DNA of 62,821 nt, counting the filler, from Choristocarpus tenellus KU-1152 (taxonomy: Eukaryota > Protista > Phaeophyceae), in NCBI GenBank assembly GCA_964200185.2. It is 12 parts of 12 records of this genome, joined end to end, with 100 filler letters (N's around TTAATTAATTAA, not from the genome) between each part and the next. Parts side by side here need not be neighbours in the genome. Positions count along the whole stretch, not along the records: positions 39,075 to 48,375 come from CAXNAD020003799.1; positions 48,476 to 53,045 come from CAXNAD020013974.1; 10 more parts are not named here. One strand, 5' to 3'. Position numbers and translations under genes: made by a program. Numbering within the stretch: the first letter of the stretch is position 1; the number at the start of each line of letters is the position of its first letter. The notes beneath the pieces are model-generated. The model was not told where the DNA came from. It did no database searches and saw nothing but the letters and a program-made list of their open reading frames with translations. Below, piece by piece: positions 39,201-51,839 of this stretch.

Positions 39201-40373
39201 AATGTTAAATTCCGTCATGTGATGCCCTTCCTCTCTTGATACCAACAGTGATACTGATACTGGTATTGATAATGCAGGGTTTGTTGCACTAGAGTTCACC
39301 ACTCCCAGTCACCTCTTGTATAACAAAGGCTGGCAGTGGAATGGATCAGCACAACGTTTTGTATACGACATATCTTGGCAAGTCGTCGTATAATCCGGAA
39401 ATCCTGATTTTCCACCATGTGAGAGTTTATGACGTAATCTGAGTTATGTGGGCGACATAATTCCGGTTGACTGGTGGCACAGAACAAGCATGGGTAGGGG
39501 AAAGAAAAAGAAGGAAGCAGGAAGAGAATGAATAGTTAAGAAAGGGAAGAAAAGGTTAATGGAAATGAGTGGTAGATAAGGGGAAGTACAGCAGCCAGTC
39601 AGTGATAAAAGGAAAGAAAACCAGGTGTACAAGATGAGGAGGGGAGACCAAGGCAACCTAAGAGCAAGCTTCTTGTCCGAGTAACAAAAGATGGTGGATA
39701 GGAGAGAGGACTTTTAAGATGAAAGGATTCAAGACAAGGTAGGAAGATTTGATGGAAAACGACGAAAAAAAAGGGGGGAAGGACGGGAAGGAAACAATGG
39801 AAAGGTGAGAAGAAGAGAAGGGATGGAGGGAAAATGAAGAGGAGATGGGAACAAGGGCGGTGCAGAGGATGCAATTGCAGATCGAGAAGACACAACGAGA
39901 GATGGTATTCTTCAAAGGGGGGTGGAAGAGAAAATAGGAGATGAAGAAGAAGACGAGAGACAGAACAGTATTGAAGCTGAACCCAGTCAAGTCCTGGGCC
40001 GGAACAATGAAATATCAAAGCTAACAGAAAGGATGAACATGATGATGGAGATATTACAAGAGCTATGCTGAACGCGAAAACCAGAAGGGGGGGGGGGGAC
40101 AGAGGGATGGGAAGGGGGGCAGGTGNNNNNNNNNNAAAAAAAAACTAAAAGAAAGGTGGAACTATGTGGTGGAGAATCTAAAAGACCTATGCTGAACGCG
40201 AAAACCAGAAGGGGGGGGGGGGACAGAGGGATGGGAAGGGGAGCAGGTGAGACGGTGGAAGGAAACTCGATATCATTGACAACATTGGCACACAGAATAA
40301 AGGAGAAGTCGATGATCCAGGCATGGAATAGGGTCGAAGTGAGGAAATACTTGTCCTCCTTGGATTCATCCCA

Positions 40374-41130
40374 TTGTTCATAAAGTCGGGGAACTCGAGA
40401 TCGACGCAGTACGTGCTACAACAAATCGTAGAAGAAACAACAGACGTGATGGAGGAGGTGGCAAAGCAGATGGAACACCTGGCAGCCTTTACAGTTAAGG
40501 ACTACATACCAAAGGGGGAGCTGGGGAGAAAAACATGCAAGGGGGACTACGAACTGCCCGATAATTTTGGATGTTTCGTGGCAGCAATAGTGAGACTGTG
40601 CAGGTATGGAGACAGTTGGAATCCAGGACAGAGGAGGACAGCAAAGGTGATTGAGGACTTGGAAGAGGTGAGGTGTAAGGTACAAATGTTTTATGGTGCC
40701 AACAAACCCACGTTACTGGAGAGTCCCAGGAATGTTGAACTGATTTTTAGAGCAGTGGGGGAGGATCTACGGTGTTGGGGAAAAAAGATAGCCGCTGCAG
40801 CAGACATCATAGGGAACAAATTTAACGCACCACCTCCCCGTGACATGCAGATACCACTCCCGCCGAGCCCGCGCTTCACATGTTTGGAAACGACACCGGG
40901 TCAGGCAAAGAACATGCTGCCTGCACTATATAGCACTGAGTCGCGCTCCCATTCCATGAAGAGGGCAGGGACATGGGGGAGACAAGGGCTTCAAAATCTC
41001 CCAGAGCTGAAGACAAATAGAGCAGGAGTCTCAAAAGGGGGGGGAAGGACCTACGACCCGTGTTTTGCGTGGAAGGCAGGACAGGAGTGTGACTTCTTGA
41101 AATGAAACGGTTTTTGCAGATACGACCATT
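40374..41130 (+). pseudogene. Gag-like ORF with C-terminal CCCH zinc finger
   Basis: 243-aa ORF ending PCFAWKAGQECDFLK*NGFCRYDH (C-x7-C-x7-C-x3-H read through a premature stop). Confidence 0.7.
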
Positions 41131-41248
41131 TCAAAGAAGGTGAAGAAGAGAGAAGGAAAACCAGACCGATGCCAAGTCTACAAAGAAAGACCCATGAAGA
41201 CGCGGGCCCACCCCTCCCTGGGGTGGGCCGGCAGGAAGAGGCCGATGG

Positions 41249-43404
41249 ATGTCAAGACTACCACAACATAGGCAAGAGACGTCAGGGATTCCAACTCCAG
41301 GGTCAATACGCCGGACACTCAAAGGTAGAGGGGGAGGGGAAGGGGGAATGAGGGATGACTTTGAAGATTGGTTGAGAGCATGGGAAGATTGGAAAGGAGA
41401 AAAGGATTGGGTAACGTTAGTGAAGGGACTGGAGGATTTGGCAATGAAGGGGGAAGCATTACTAGGAGAGTGTCTGGGGGATTTGGTAACACTAGTGGAT
41501 AGGTTAGGGGAAAGATGGAGCCCGAAACTGTTGAATTGGGAGAAGATTGATGACCATTTTGGGAAAAGGGTTGGGTTCCCACAGATAGAGAAACTCCAAC
41601 AGGTAGTGAACAGGGGAGTACCAGTGTGTGTAGGGGGAATAGGCAGAGTTGAGGAGAGACTAGAGTATGGAAACCACACAAGTGCAAGAAGTAGAAAGAA
41701 GGCCCTTCTAGAAAAGGTAGTGAGTGATGTGACCCAGGGTAGAGCATTGGTGTTTCCAAAAAGGATATGGGGGAAGATTCCAGGATTGCAGGTGTCCCCA
41801 GTTGGTGTCATACAAGAACCCACGAAGGTAAGGATCATTCATGATTTGTCGTACCAGCAAGAGAGTTGGGGGCCGAGAGTGAATGACCAAACAGAGTTGG
41901 CGGAGGCCCCCCCAGCACATTGTGGAACAGTTCTAGAATATGTGATTAGGAGAATTGTGGGATTAAGGAAGAAGTTCCCTAGGGCGGGGATTATGATTAG
42001 TAAGATGGATGTGAAGGATGCCTTTCGCCAAGTACCAGTAGAACCACAAGGGGCAGCAAAGTTTAGATATTGTGTGGGAGACTTGCTGGTGATCGATTAT
42101 AGACTCCAATTTGGGTGGAGGAACAGCCCGGGGTGGTGGGACCTATTAGCAAGTGCCCTAGAATTTTCACACTGTCATACAGATCTCAAGTCGACAGTAG
42201 TTCTCAAAGAAGCGGAGAGGATTGCGGTAGGTGTAACGCACTCACAGCAGGAGGGCAGGAGGGAGGTTAGTGCCGTAGATGAGACATGGAAGGTGCAAGA
42301 AGTAGCAGGGGCGGGGGTGGAGGACCCTTTTTTGCCAGAATGTATGTAGATGATAGCATATTGGTAGAGCCCCAATGGTTTGAAGATGGGCGGAGACTGA
42401 AGCTAGCAACAAATTATTTAGTCTCCGGCCACATACGTTTGCTAGGCCAGAGAGACGTATAAGAGCCCCCCATTTTGTCAGCAACAAAATTAACAGGATG
42501 GCATACTACACTGGTAGTGGTAGGATGGAGGATAGACACAGAAAGGATGACCATTGCCCTACCGGAGGGAATGTTGAAGGGGCTGAAGTCGTTGTTAGGG
42601 GAGTTGCCAGAATCGAAGTTGGTAGCCAGGGTGAAGGAGGTACGGGTGCTGTTGGGCTGACTATTTCACAAGTCGTATTTTATAGGCCCAGGGAGATTTT
42701 TTCTTTGGCGGCTGGTACAACTGTCAGGGTTGCACCAGAAGGGGGGTTGGTTGAGAAGGATAGGAAGGGGGGGGAGACAGGGCGAACAGAGGGAAGGCCC
42801 AAGAGAAGGAAATAGGGAAATCAGGATAGGAACAGAATTTAAGGAAGACTTGTACTGGTGGAGGTGGGTGGTAGAACATGGTCTGGCTGAGGAGGGAGAA
42901 AACTTGAGTTCCCCATTTTGGGGTTTAGTGTCAAGGCCTCCAGGTACGACATGGTATTCAGATGCATGTTTTTCAGCAGTAGGAGGGTACAACGTAGAGA
43001 CGGGTAAGTGGTGGAGATATGACTTCCCAGAACACTTGAAGGATATTATGCGTAGTGTGATAAAAGGAGAAGGGGGGAGTATATCAATCAATGTCTTAGG
43101 AATGGTGATGAATGCATGGATACTGGTCATGAAGGTGAAGGGGAAGGCAGAGAAGAAGGGAGACCCAGTGTTGCTTAGAGAGGACAATTACTCTGCAGTG
43201 CATTGGTTCCGTAAGTGTGGGGGGGCAAAGGATAGGAGGGCAGGGGGTTTGATGAGAATAATGGGGATGTTGGAGATAGCAGGGGAATGGTCATTCGCAG
43301 CGGAACACGTCGCGGGTAGGCAGAATGGCCTAGCAGATGGTATATCAAGGTGGAAGAGGGATGAGATTCAAACCTTACCTCCAACGTGTTTGCCCACGCA
43401 TTGA
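41249..43404 (+). pseudogene. Reverse transcriptase-RNase H of the YR retrotransposon
   Basis: KVRIIHDLS, ISKMDVKDAFRQVPV, DYRLQFGWRNSPGWW, frameshifted MYVDDSILVE (~42340), VVVGWRID; RNase H WYSDAC, SINVL, EDNYSA, EHVAGRQNGLADGISR. Confidence 0.9.
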
Positions 43405-44519
43405 TTGGCAGGAGCAGCCCCTGGGTCGGGAAGGGAAGAAGGTGTGTTTGAGTACCTTGCAGCATTGTACGTCAGAGGATCGGTTGCGCCATCTACTCAG
43501 AAGTGTTATGAGGCAGCTTGGGACCAATGGCCTGAGTTCCGTACATATAGGGGATTGAGTAGGTGGTTAGACCCTTGGAGTAGAGAGAGAGAGGTTATAA
43601 AGGCCCTAGTGGAGTTCATGTGTTTCCGTTGAGGGAGTAGGGGGAACCAAGTAAGCACAGTTAAGAGTAAGATAGCAGCAATCCAATACTACCATAAGCA
43701 TTTCCTCAACCTCCAGCTCCCCACACAACATTTCATGATCCAATCTGTACTCAAAGGAATAGGTAGGAGCCACACAAAAGTAGGAAGTGAGCCCAGGAAG
43801 AGGAGACCCCTAACATGGAGAATGATTGTAGAGACAAAGCAATGCACTGAAATGCTAGGTAGGGGAGGTAAATTGACAAGGCTAGGTTTGGGTTTCTCGT
43901 TCTTCTTTCTAGCTAGAGCTTCAGAGTTGTGGGCCTATGACGAAGGGGGAGGAATCCATGGAGATTTCGCAGCAAGAAAGAGGCACGTGTAATGGAGGGA
44001 GTAAAAAGAATAAGTTGGGAAGATAGACACCAGGCAGAAAAAGTAGAGGTAACGTTCACAGGGTCAAAAGGGGACCAGGGTAGAAAAGGAGCAGTGTTGA
44101 CAAGATATAAGGTCGGGAAGGAAGGGGGAGAAGAAAGTATGAGAGGTTGGGAGGTGATAATGGCTATTATGGAATGTTTCCCAGAACTCCTCCCGGATGC
44201 CCCTCTGATGACATGTAGGCAGGAAGGATGATGGAGAGTGATCACGAGGGGCCAAGCAACATGTGTCTTGAGGAGAATAGTAAAGGAACTTAGGCTAAGA
44301 CCAGACGAGTACGCCTTGCATTTGGATAGGATAGGGGGAGCAATGAGATTGGCAAGCATGGGGGTATCAGAATTAGTAATACAGCTGGAGGGAAGATGGA
44401 AGTCGAGGGTCTTTATGGTTTATGTAAGGGATAACCAGAGGGACCCAGTGTTGGTGTCAAAGGGCTTGGCAGAGGGTAAGAAGGATTGGGTACAACCAGG
44501 GCAGGAGGTAAGGGCATGA
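43405..44519 (+). pseudogene. Tyrosine recombinase (lambda integrase family) of the YR retrotransposon
   Basis: APSTQKCYEAAW, FFFLARASEL (catalytic R), GSKGDQGRKG, YALHLDRIGGA (HxxR), IQLEGRWKS..FMVYVR (catalytic Y); three in-frame stops. Confidence 0.92.
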
Positions 44520-44703
44520 GATAGAAGAAATCAACCCCGAAGGGGGGGGGAGGTCATGTTCCGGCGGGGTAGATGTCTTCTAGCTCAAAGGCACGGTTTG
44601 AAGTGGATCATGAAGGGGTATTCTTGGATGATTTTGCAGTGGTGTTGAGTGGTGTGAGAACTGCTGTGGGGTTGAGAGGAGTGGTAACTTATGTGGGTTG
44701 AAA

Positions 44704-44817
44704 GGATGACTGGCAAGCAGTGACCAAGGGCACTCGCACTGTTTGGTCATCGAATGTGGGGGATGGCTGGCAATCAGTGACGAAGGGCATTCGCACTGGT
44801 TGGTCATCAAATGCGGG
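44704..44817 (+). repeat. 57-bp tandem direct repeat (x2) in the YR element 3' region
   Basis: ggatgactggcaagcagtgacc...tcatcgaatgtggg / ggatggctggcaatcagtgacg...tcatcaaatgcggg; also present in the derivative (~9841-9955). Confidence 0.9.
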
Positions 44818-45779
44818 TAAATAGGAAACCAGGAGAGGAATGGAGAATGGAGGAATGGCAAACAAGGAATAGAGTGATAATAATAATAATACAGAATTCG
44901 TGAGCAAAACAAAGTAAGAAATTGGATGTCGGCAGAGCAATGTAACACCATAGATACTTCTACCACTAACGATTGAATCGAATTTCAAGCATAGCGTCAA
45001 CAATTTAATTCTTAGTCATACTGTACTTCTGACTAACCAAAGCCCCATTCAAATGGCCGACCAGTAAGACATTGACCCACAAACCAACCCTGGGAAAAGT
45101 AGTAGTGTGATTCAAGTGTGATCGTGGATGGAGCAACACAGGAGAAGTGCCTCACTCTCCCATCCTTCGAAGGAGTATTAGTATTCCAACTACTAAAATA
45201 ACATGCATGACTACTGACATACATATATTCCTTTGTACTCAGAAGATTCATTTATAAAATGTACCCCTTCCAATTACCACTACTCGACATGACGAAGACC
45301 AAAATATAATACCAATACTATCACTATGGGTGGTGCCAATGGTCAATTACTAGGTACAATTAATATTATGTTTTCCTGTTCTTAGCCGATGTACACATCC
45401 ACTTCAATTAGAAGTGAAGCACTATTTGCTTCGAAATATCACAACGAACATACTTTCCACCGCACAACATTATACAGCCAAGGTTGACAACAGAGGGTCT
45501 GAGATTTCTAGGGCTGAGCAGATAAATGTTCAAGGAGTAACAATAGGTAAGAGTTATTACTGTGTTGTAGCCTTTGAGTGTGTGCAAATGCAATATTTGC
45601 AGATAAATAATAGCATGTGTGTTGGTGCTATAGAGCTCTAGTGCTTGTTTTCGAATTTTCTTGTTTGCATATTTGTGAATGTCAGCATCAGGACCTTCAC
45701 CTGTGCACTAACCTCCTGTTATTATTGTACATCAAGTTCTCCTGCTTCATTCCAATGTCGTTTGGACCAGGTTGGAGTA

Positions 45780-46030
45780 TCAAATGATGCCTCCTGGGGG
45801 CCAGTCGAGGCTGGTGCAGGCCATCACGTTAAACCAGGCTTCATTCACATGGATACTGTTGCCCATGGAGGCGTAATCACCACGTTTCCCGTCCACTTGA
45901 TCGCAAGCAAAGTCCATTCTCCGTGCATTTTGCCACGATTTAAGATTGTGTTTGATCCAGCTGCGATTTGGTATGATCCCCATATCATCCAACCACCTTT
46001 TTATGGTGCTCGTGCTATAATTCAGCCTCT
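45780..46030 (-). mobile_element. Second mariner transposase fragment
   Basis: MDDMGIIPNRSWIKHNLK...DFACDQV...SIHVNEAWF is homologous to 5820-6000; HVDExWF first-Asp motif. Confidence 0.75.
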
Positions 46031-47439
46031 TGGTTCAAAATCAACCTATCCATATAAGGTGGAATGAGAATGTATGCATGGAAATGATCTAACGTCACTA
46101 TTTATTCATTTAATGATGTACTAGTATTTAGCAGTCAATAGTGTAAAATAGTGTACCAATAGTACTAATATAATATCAACATAGAAGTAGATAGTAATAG
46201 AAAGCAACCTACAATTGTGTCATACATCTAATATTTCCAGTAGTAGTATAGTATGAAGATACAAGTGTAGTGAATGGTGATGGGGAGCCATGGCCATGAT
46301 GTAGCTGACTAAATTGTCAAATAAAATGTTCGAACATGACTGAATCCATCGCAACCCCTGCTTCAACGAAACTAGGATCGCTACCTGGGCAGGTACAAGT
46401 AAGTTCGAGCATGGCTGAGTATATAGCCATCACTACTAACAACTTGACTGGGGCTCCCTGCCGACCCTCCACAACTAAATTCGAACATGACTGAGTCCAT
46501 GGCCATCAACTGTTTCGACATGGCCAGCTTGGCGACCTTAAGGCCAATGGCGGACATGTCAATTGCCTGATCCATTAAGATTTTATTTTGTCCCGCCCTT
46601 TCGCAGAGGGAGTTGATACGGAGAGAGCTAATTTTATCAGCAGCATGGAAAAATGTGATACCTTTTCAATTCTGGTGAGAATGCTGCAACTCTGGTTCAG
46701 AGCACAAATATAGGGGTGAGAATACTGCTTGGTGCCAACTTGTGTTCAAATTATATCAGTATGTGAGGAAGAAGAAACCTGCACACATTTTCTACTAATC
46801 TTGTCTGCTGTCTTGATTTTGATCATGCCATACACCCACTTGCATATCCACGCATTCACACATCGGAATATGTTGATTAGAAACATCAGTGTACAACACT
46901 TATTAAGCATCATAAGATCACAAACACTAGTCAACAGTTGTTGGCATAATAATATATTTACTCTCGTTTCTCCATTCTTGTGTATCTCATGTAGAATCTA
47001 TCAGGAATCTCTAGGTGAGGTAAGGACACCACCCAAAGGAAAGTTCAAAGTGCTTGTCCACAGATGAAATGGAAGGAGCAATCTCTTGGTTAAGAAACGA
47101 TGATACGGTAGTTGAGTGCACTGCAGCAACTACACCAAAGAATTGGATGTACCCTCTCATCATAAGTATTTAAAAGGGCCTCGAGACCAGTAGATAGAAT
47201 TTTGTACATGTAGAAATTTGACTATTGGCTTGACCACATTAGTCGGGAGTTAGAAGTGTAGGAAGGGGTAGGATGTGTCTCCATTCTGGGAGTAAGGGCA
47301 ACCGAAGCCTACTATGGAACAGGGAGGGGCAAGATATCTACAATCCAATACCTCCACAAACACTTCCTTAACCTTCCAACTACCCACACAACACCTCCGT
47401 TTCTTTCACCTGGGTCAAACGGAATTGGAAGAGATCATG

Positions 47440-47697
47440 CAGAGGTTGGGAACCAATCTAGTACTAGGAAACCATCCACATGAAGCACAAACGGTATGGT
47501 GCGAGGAACAGGGCGGCATTTGCATAAGGTTAATGGGAAGAAAACTGGGGTTAAAATCAGAAGAGTATGCACCGCACTTCAACAGAACCAGGTGGGCAAC
47601 GAGGATAGGTATGATGGGGACACTCAAACTAGTCATACAGCAGGAAGGGAGACTGAGCCTGAGAGCTATTATGATACACATTAAGGCTAACCAGAGG
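47440..47697 (+). mobile_element. Old, degenerate tyrosine-recombinase fragment
   Basis: LGLKSEEYAPHFNRTRWATRIGMMG..KLVIQQEGRLSLRAIMIHIKANQ parallels 44290-44440. Confidence 0.65.
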
Positions 47698-48301
47698 TGT
47701 TACAGGCAAATAGCGTGAGCATTTCTTCTTGCGTTCTAACAAAGTTCAAGCGTTTATTACACGCGAATAGCGTGGGTATTTCTTCTCATGTTTTAGCACC
47801 TACAAACATTTGTGACAGACGAATAGTGCGAGAATTGTTTGTCGCGTTCTAACAAGTGTGAACAATATACGATATTAGTAACACTTAGGTAGCCTTACAG
47901 AATAAGTGCTGATTTCGTAGAAGATATAGAGTAAGATTCGGAATGCATACGTAACATTACAGAAGAAAATGTCAAAGTTCCTAAGAAGTTGCAGAATAAA
48001 GGTTTATGATTGGAGCACGTATAGAGTAGTTGCATAGAAGACCAAAGAAATTGGGTGGATGATGAAAATAATAAGACATCTTTTGGTTAAAACCCCTTTA
48101 CCCCCCTTATCAGTTTTTTTTAATCTTGAACTTAGCAATGAGTCGAGCTTTGAGCTAAGCACTGAGTGGAGTATAGAGAGAAAAGGCTATCTGACACCCA
48201 ACAAACTGTTATCAAGGGCAACATCCCAATAGCGTCGTTTTAAGGTCGTTGGATTTGAGTTGTACATCCTGTGGAGGTGAGTTGAGGGGCACGCTGTAAC
48301 A
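47698..48301 (+). mobile_element. Solo-LTR-like element (604 bp), same family as 34736-35288
   Basis: TGTTACA...TGTAACA termini; full-length homology; no clear TSD. Confidence 0.85.
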
Positions 48302-48303
48302 TG

Positions 48304-48563
48304 GGGTTCAGAGTATCTGGGAGGGGGTAGCGACTGTCCGATTGGGGTCAATTTTTTCATGTCACGATTTTTGGGNNNNNNNNNNNNNNNNNNNNNNNNN
48401 NNNNNNNNNNNNNNNNNNNTTAATTAATTAANNNNNNNNNNNNNNNNNNNNNNNNNNNNNNNNNNNNNNNNNNNNATAGAACCCTTGGAGGCACCTTTCC
48501 CGATGTGGGTCCAAAAGGGCCCCCTGGGTGAGGCCCCCCCCCCCCTCCCAGATACTTTGGGTC
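48304..48563. mobile_element. MITE-C-type ends flanking a linker
   Basis: GGGTTCAGAGTATCTGGG at 48304 and CCCAGATACTTTGGGTC ending at 48563 (on different contigs). Confidence 0.6.
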
Positions 48564-49126
48564 TATAGCAGAGGTGAAGCTAACTCAAGTAGGTTAGGGC
48601 ACGCGTACCAAATCATTTGGTTCCCACTGTCAGCTTAATGTGACTTTGCTCATTGAGAGAGGAGGAGGAGAAACGAGGGGTAGGATGGCTGAACCCAAAG
48701 TGTTCAAAGTAAGGCATGGACGGAGGAGGGAGTACAATAAATCGTAGTACAATAGGTAGTTACCACAGTTAGTATGAGAAGTAGTGTAGAGTGTATTGCC
48801 TCTAACCACAGGTTGAGATAGTCCCCAGCCTAATGATGCGAAGAAGAACATACTACTTAGTGTTGTAGGTGTATGGAGGAGAGCAATTTCTGTGTGGGCA
48901 GACATGACTAGTTCTACTGTAACAATAGTGAACCTGACCGAATGGGGGTATAGGTGATGACATTTTGGTTAGGAAAGAGATCAAGATACAAGTTCGTCTA
49001 TTTTCTATTTCCTGGAACACCTACATTTTGACGATAAAATGAATACTGCAATAATGGTGGGAATAACTGTTGTTTACTAACTAGTTTTTAAATCAACTAA
49101 ATTTTATTAGGGTGTATGAAAATATT

Positions 49127-49200
49127 GCTCTGGTGGTTTAGTTGGCTATAACGTGTGCCTCACACGCACAAGGTCCCGGGTTCGAGCCCCGGCTAGAGTA
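49127..49200 (+). tRNA. tRNA-Val(CAC): tRNA-Val (anticodon CAC)
   Basis: Cloverleaf: acceptor GCTCTGG/CTAGAGT, D-arm with A-box TGGTTTAGTTGG, anticodon stem TGTGC/GCACA with loop CTCACAC, T-arm CCGGG-TTCGAGC-CCCGG; T4 run shortly downstream. Confidence 0.95.
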
Positions 49201-51579
49201 TAAAGTTTTCCACACGCGGTGACAAAGTGGGAAACACAGTTCGAAACTTTGGAAGATTTTTTGGGTTTGAACTCCGTCGATGGTACTGGATCTCTTCATG
49301 GAATCTGGTTGCATGATCAGAGACCCACGTGGCAAGCACTACTCATCGTACACCTGCAATCCATCTCTATGCCACAGAACGTCAGACTAAGAACAAGGTG
49401 GCAATACTTCGTTGCTGAGTGAGCCTGGGCGGATCCAGCACAGGGGAGGTGGCGGGACAAGCAGTGGGACACCTGAACCCAACGTGCGAGGCAGAAAGAA
49501 GCAAGAAACGAACGGAGGTAGTATGATTAATCATATATCAAAGATTATTTCTAGTGGTAACATTTTTTTAAGATATATGAGAAATAGTTTAGAGTTGAAT
49601 GGCTCTGATCACAGGTGAAAATACTCCCCAGTCTTAAATGAAGCAAAATAATATATATGGTAAGAACAACAATAATAATAAGAATAATATCTCCAAGATG
49701 CTGTCAAAAGGAATAACAATATGTAGTTGTGATAGGAATATATCGCAACAGATTTTTGATGGCCTGATTGAAGAGATTCTAGGAAAAACTTATCGATATG
49801 CCTCTTGTCACTCTGATAATTCGAGTCCTGGTGTTATAAAGTCCCCCCAACTTTTCGACTGAACTAAGAGACAGCCTGCACTGAACATCAAAGCAATATG
49901 CCAGGGCGTTGGTCGCCAGCACCCCCAATTCTCGCATGATGCCAGTCCCAGTAAGATTTCATGCAGTGTAGAGAGCCAACCAAAAAAGAAAAATAGAGTC
50001 ACCTGGCACACATGTGGATGAAGGAACCGCCAACTAAGGCTGGTATCTTCATTGAGGAGTGATAAACAATATCCTCTCTAAATCCACTTGCATGTGTAGC
50101 AAGTTGAAACATGGCAGGCAGTTGTGTACCAAGTTGATTTTGATCAGACCTGCTCTGACTGAGAACAAGAATAAACTGCGGACCCCCACTTCCAATGAAC
50201 ATGATTTGTTACAGACCTAGCCCAATACCTGGCAAGCATTGGAATGTCTGTCACTTTAGCATCAAACTTGGACCTCGAACACCTATATCCTGTACTGTGT
50301 AAGTTGTCCATCTTCCACTGTTCTTGGGTACAGAAGCTACAAGTGCTTCGATCAGCCACTTCTTAGTTAGGTAGTGAGTTACCTATTATGCTGTCAGTGT
50401 TTTCAGAAGGGGTTGCTGACTTGTGAAGGGGCGATTGTTTACTTTTACCAAAAACATGATGGAGAGTGCTTCAGGTTCTCAACAGGCACGTACAAGCAGT
50501 CCCAAGCTCGTTGATTTCTATCACCATATGAGAGCAATCACAGTCAATCTGGAGGAAACTTTGATACGCTGAGCAAGAACATAAAGCAGGAATAGGTCAT
50601 AGCGTACAGTCTCTGGGGAAAGATTGAAGGGTCCCTTTTGGGAAGGAAATGCATTATTATCTTGTGAATCGTTGAATACTTCTTTAAATCTGGAGCGCCA
50701 GGGTTCACTCTGAGCACAGCTTGATTTGCCCCAGTCTGAACCTTCAATAGTTGCGACTTAGTCCTAAGCTCCACAAGTAGACTCTTCGCCTTTTAGACCA
50801 TGATATCGAGGTTGAGGTGGCGGACCAGCTCAAGCATCAATTTCCTGATGGGCTACCATGACGTTCTCCCTTGGGTACCCCAAGATTTAGTAGTGGTGGC
50901 TCTTTCCTGAGGACTCAAACGAAGTAAGTCAAAGGACTCATGCGAGCTAGAGGGACCAGTCTTTTGGGAAGATTCTTCAAGTACGTGGAAGACACGTAAG
51001 TACAAAATATAAACAAACCCGAAATTTACCTGTTGCGAGGGAAACTTTTAAACAACACTTCTGGAGTTCACGCATTCAGTGAAGATGGGGTAGTAGTGAT
51101 AAAACTCAATAAATATAACCTGATGATCAGGTCTCAATAGTTGTAGGTCTCAGTATGCTCTCAAAAATGTGTTTTATGGTTTGTTTTGGGTGTATCAAGA
51201 GTTAGGAAACAGTTCACTGAGATGGGATAGTTGTCACAACGTGTTTTAAAAATGTTGAAGGTATTCAGATGACCATTTCCCTTCTGAAATCCCCTTATGT
51301 AGAGGTGTAGTCCAGTCTATTTGAATCAATTACTATAAGCATGAAGAAGCATTGAGCCTATTCACACCATTAAGTCCTCAAGGGTCGACTAGACATCAGA
51401 TGTTGTTGGTCGGGCAAATATGTCTCTTCCCACAAGTTTATGTGTTATATTTGACAGTAGAAAAGGTGGACCGATATCGAAATGATACAATGGTCCGATT
51501 CCATTGCCAGTACTGACTCCACCCTCCCTTTGTGCGCATCAAGGCAGTCAACCTGGCGTGCGAGAACGTAGTCAGGATG

Positions 51580-51839
51580 GAGCCAAAGTATCTTAGAGGG
51601 TAGGACCGCGTCCATTTGGGGGGCCTAAATCAAATGTTCCGATTTTGATGTAATTTTGGCTGTCGCGTTTGTTGGGCAGTGTCACTATCCTTGTTCTGGA
51701 CACACCTTTTCAAAACGTATACATTTTACTTACTATGAAACGTTTCGGAGTGGGAAAATGTCATAAGAAAACCCATGGGAAGCCAAGCCCCAAACGGACA
51801 AATAGGGCAAAACTCGTACCCTCTAAGATACTTTCACTC
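51580..51839 (+). mobile_element. MITE family A
   Basis: GAGCCAAAGTATCTTAGAGGGTA...TACCCTCTAAGATACTTTCACTC; TSD GATG/GATG. Confidence 0.93.

Larger units (their letters stand above)
39483..44913 (+). mobile_element. Tyrosine-recombinase retrotransposon (DIRS order; Ngaro-like domain content), near full length, decayed
   Basis: Gag with terminal CCCH, RT, RNase H and YR in order; ends defined by shared homology with the derivative at 9767-10363. Confidence 0.92.

Noticed and set aside
39599-40018. Hydrophobic minus-strand ORFs over the YR element as membrane proteins
   Set aside because: Antisense shadows of a purine-rich strand.
40064-40249. ~60-bp direct repeat as a split direct repeat of the YR element
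   Set aside because: It flanks a 10-N gap, so it is most likely an unresolved assembly overlap.
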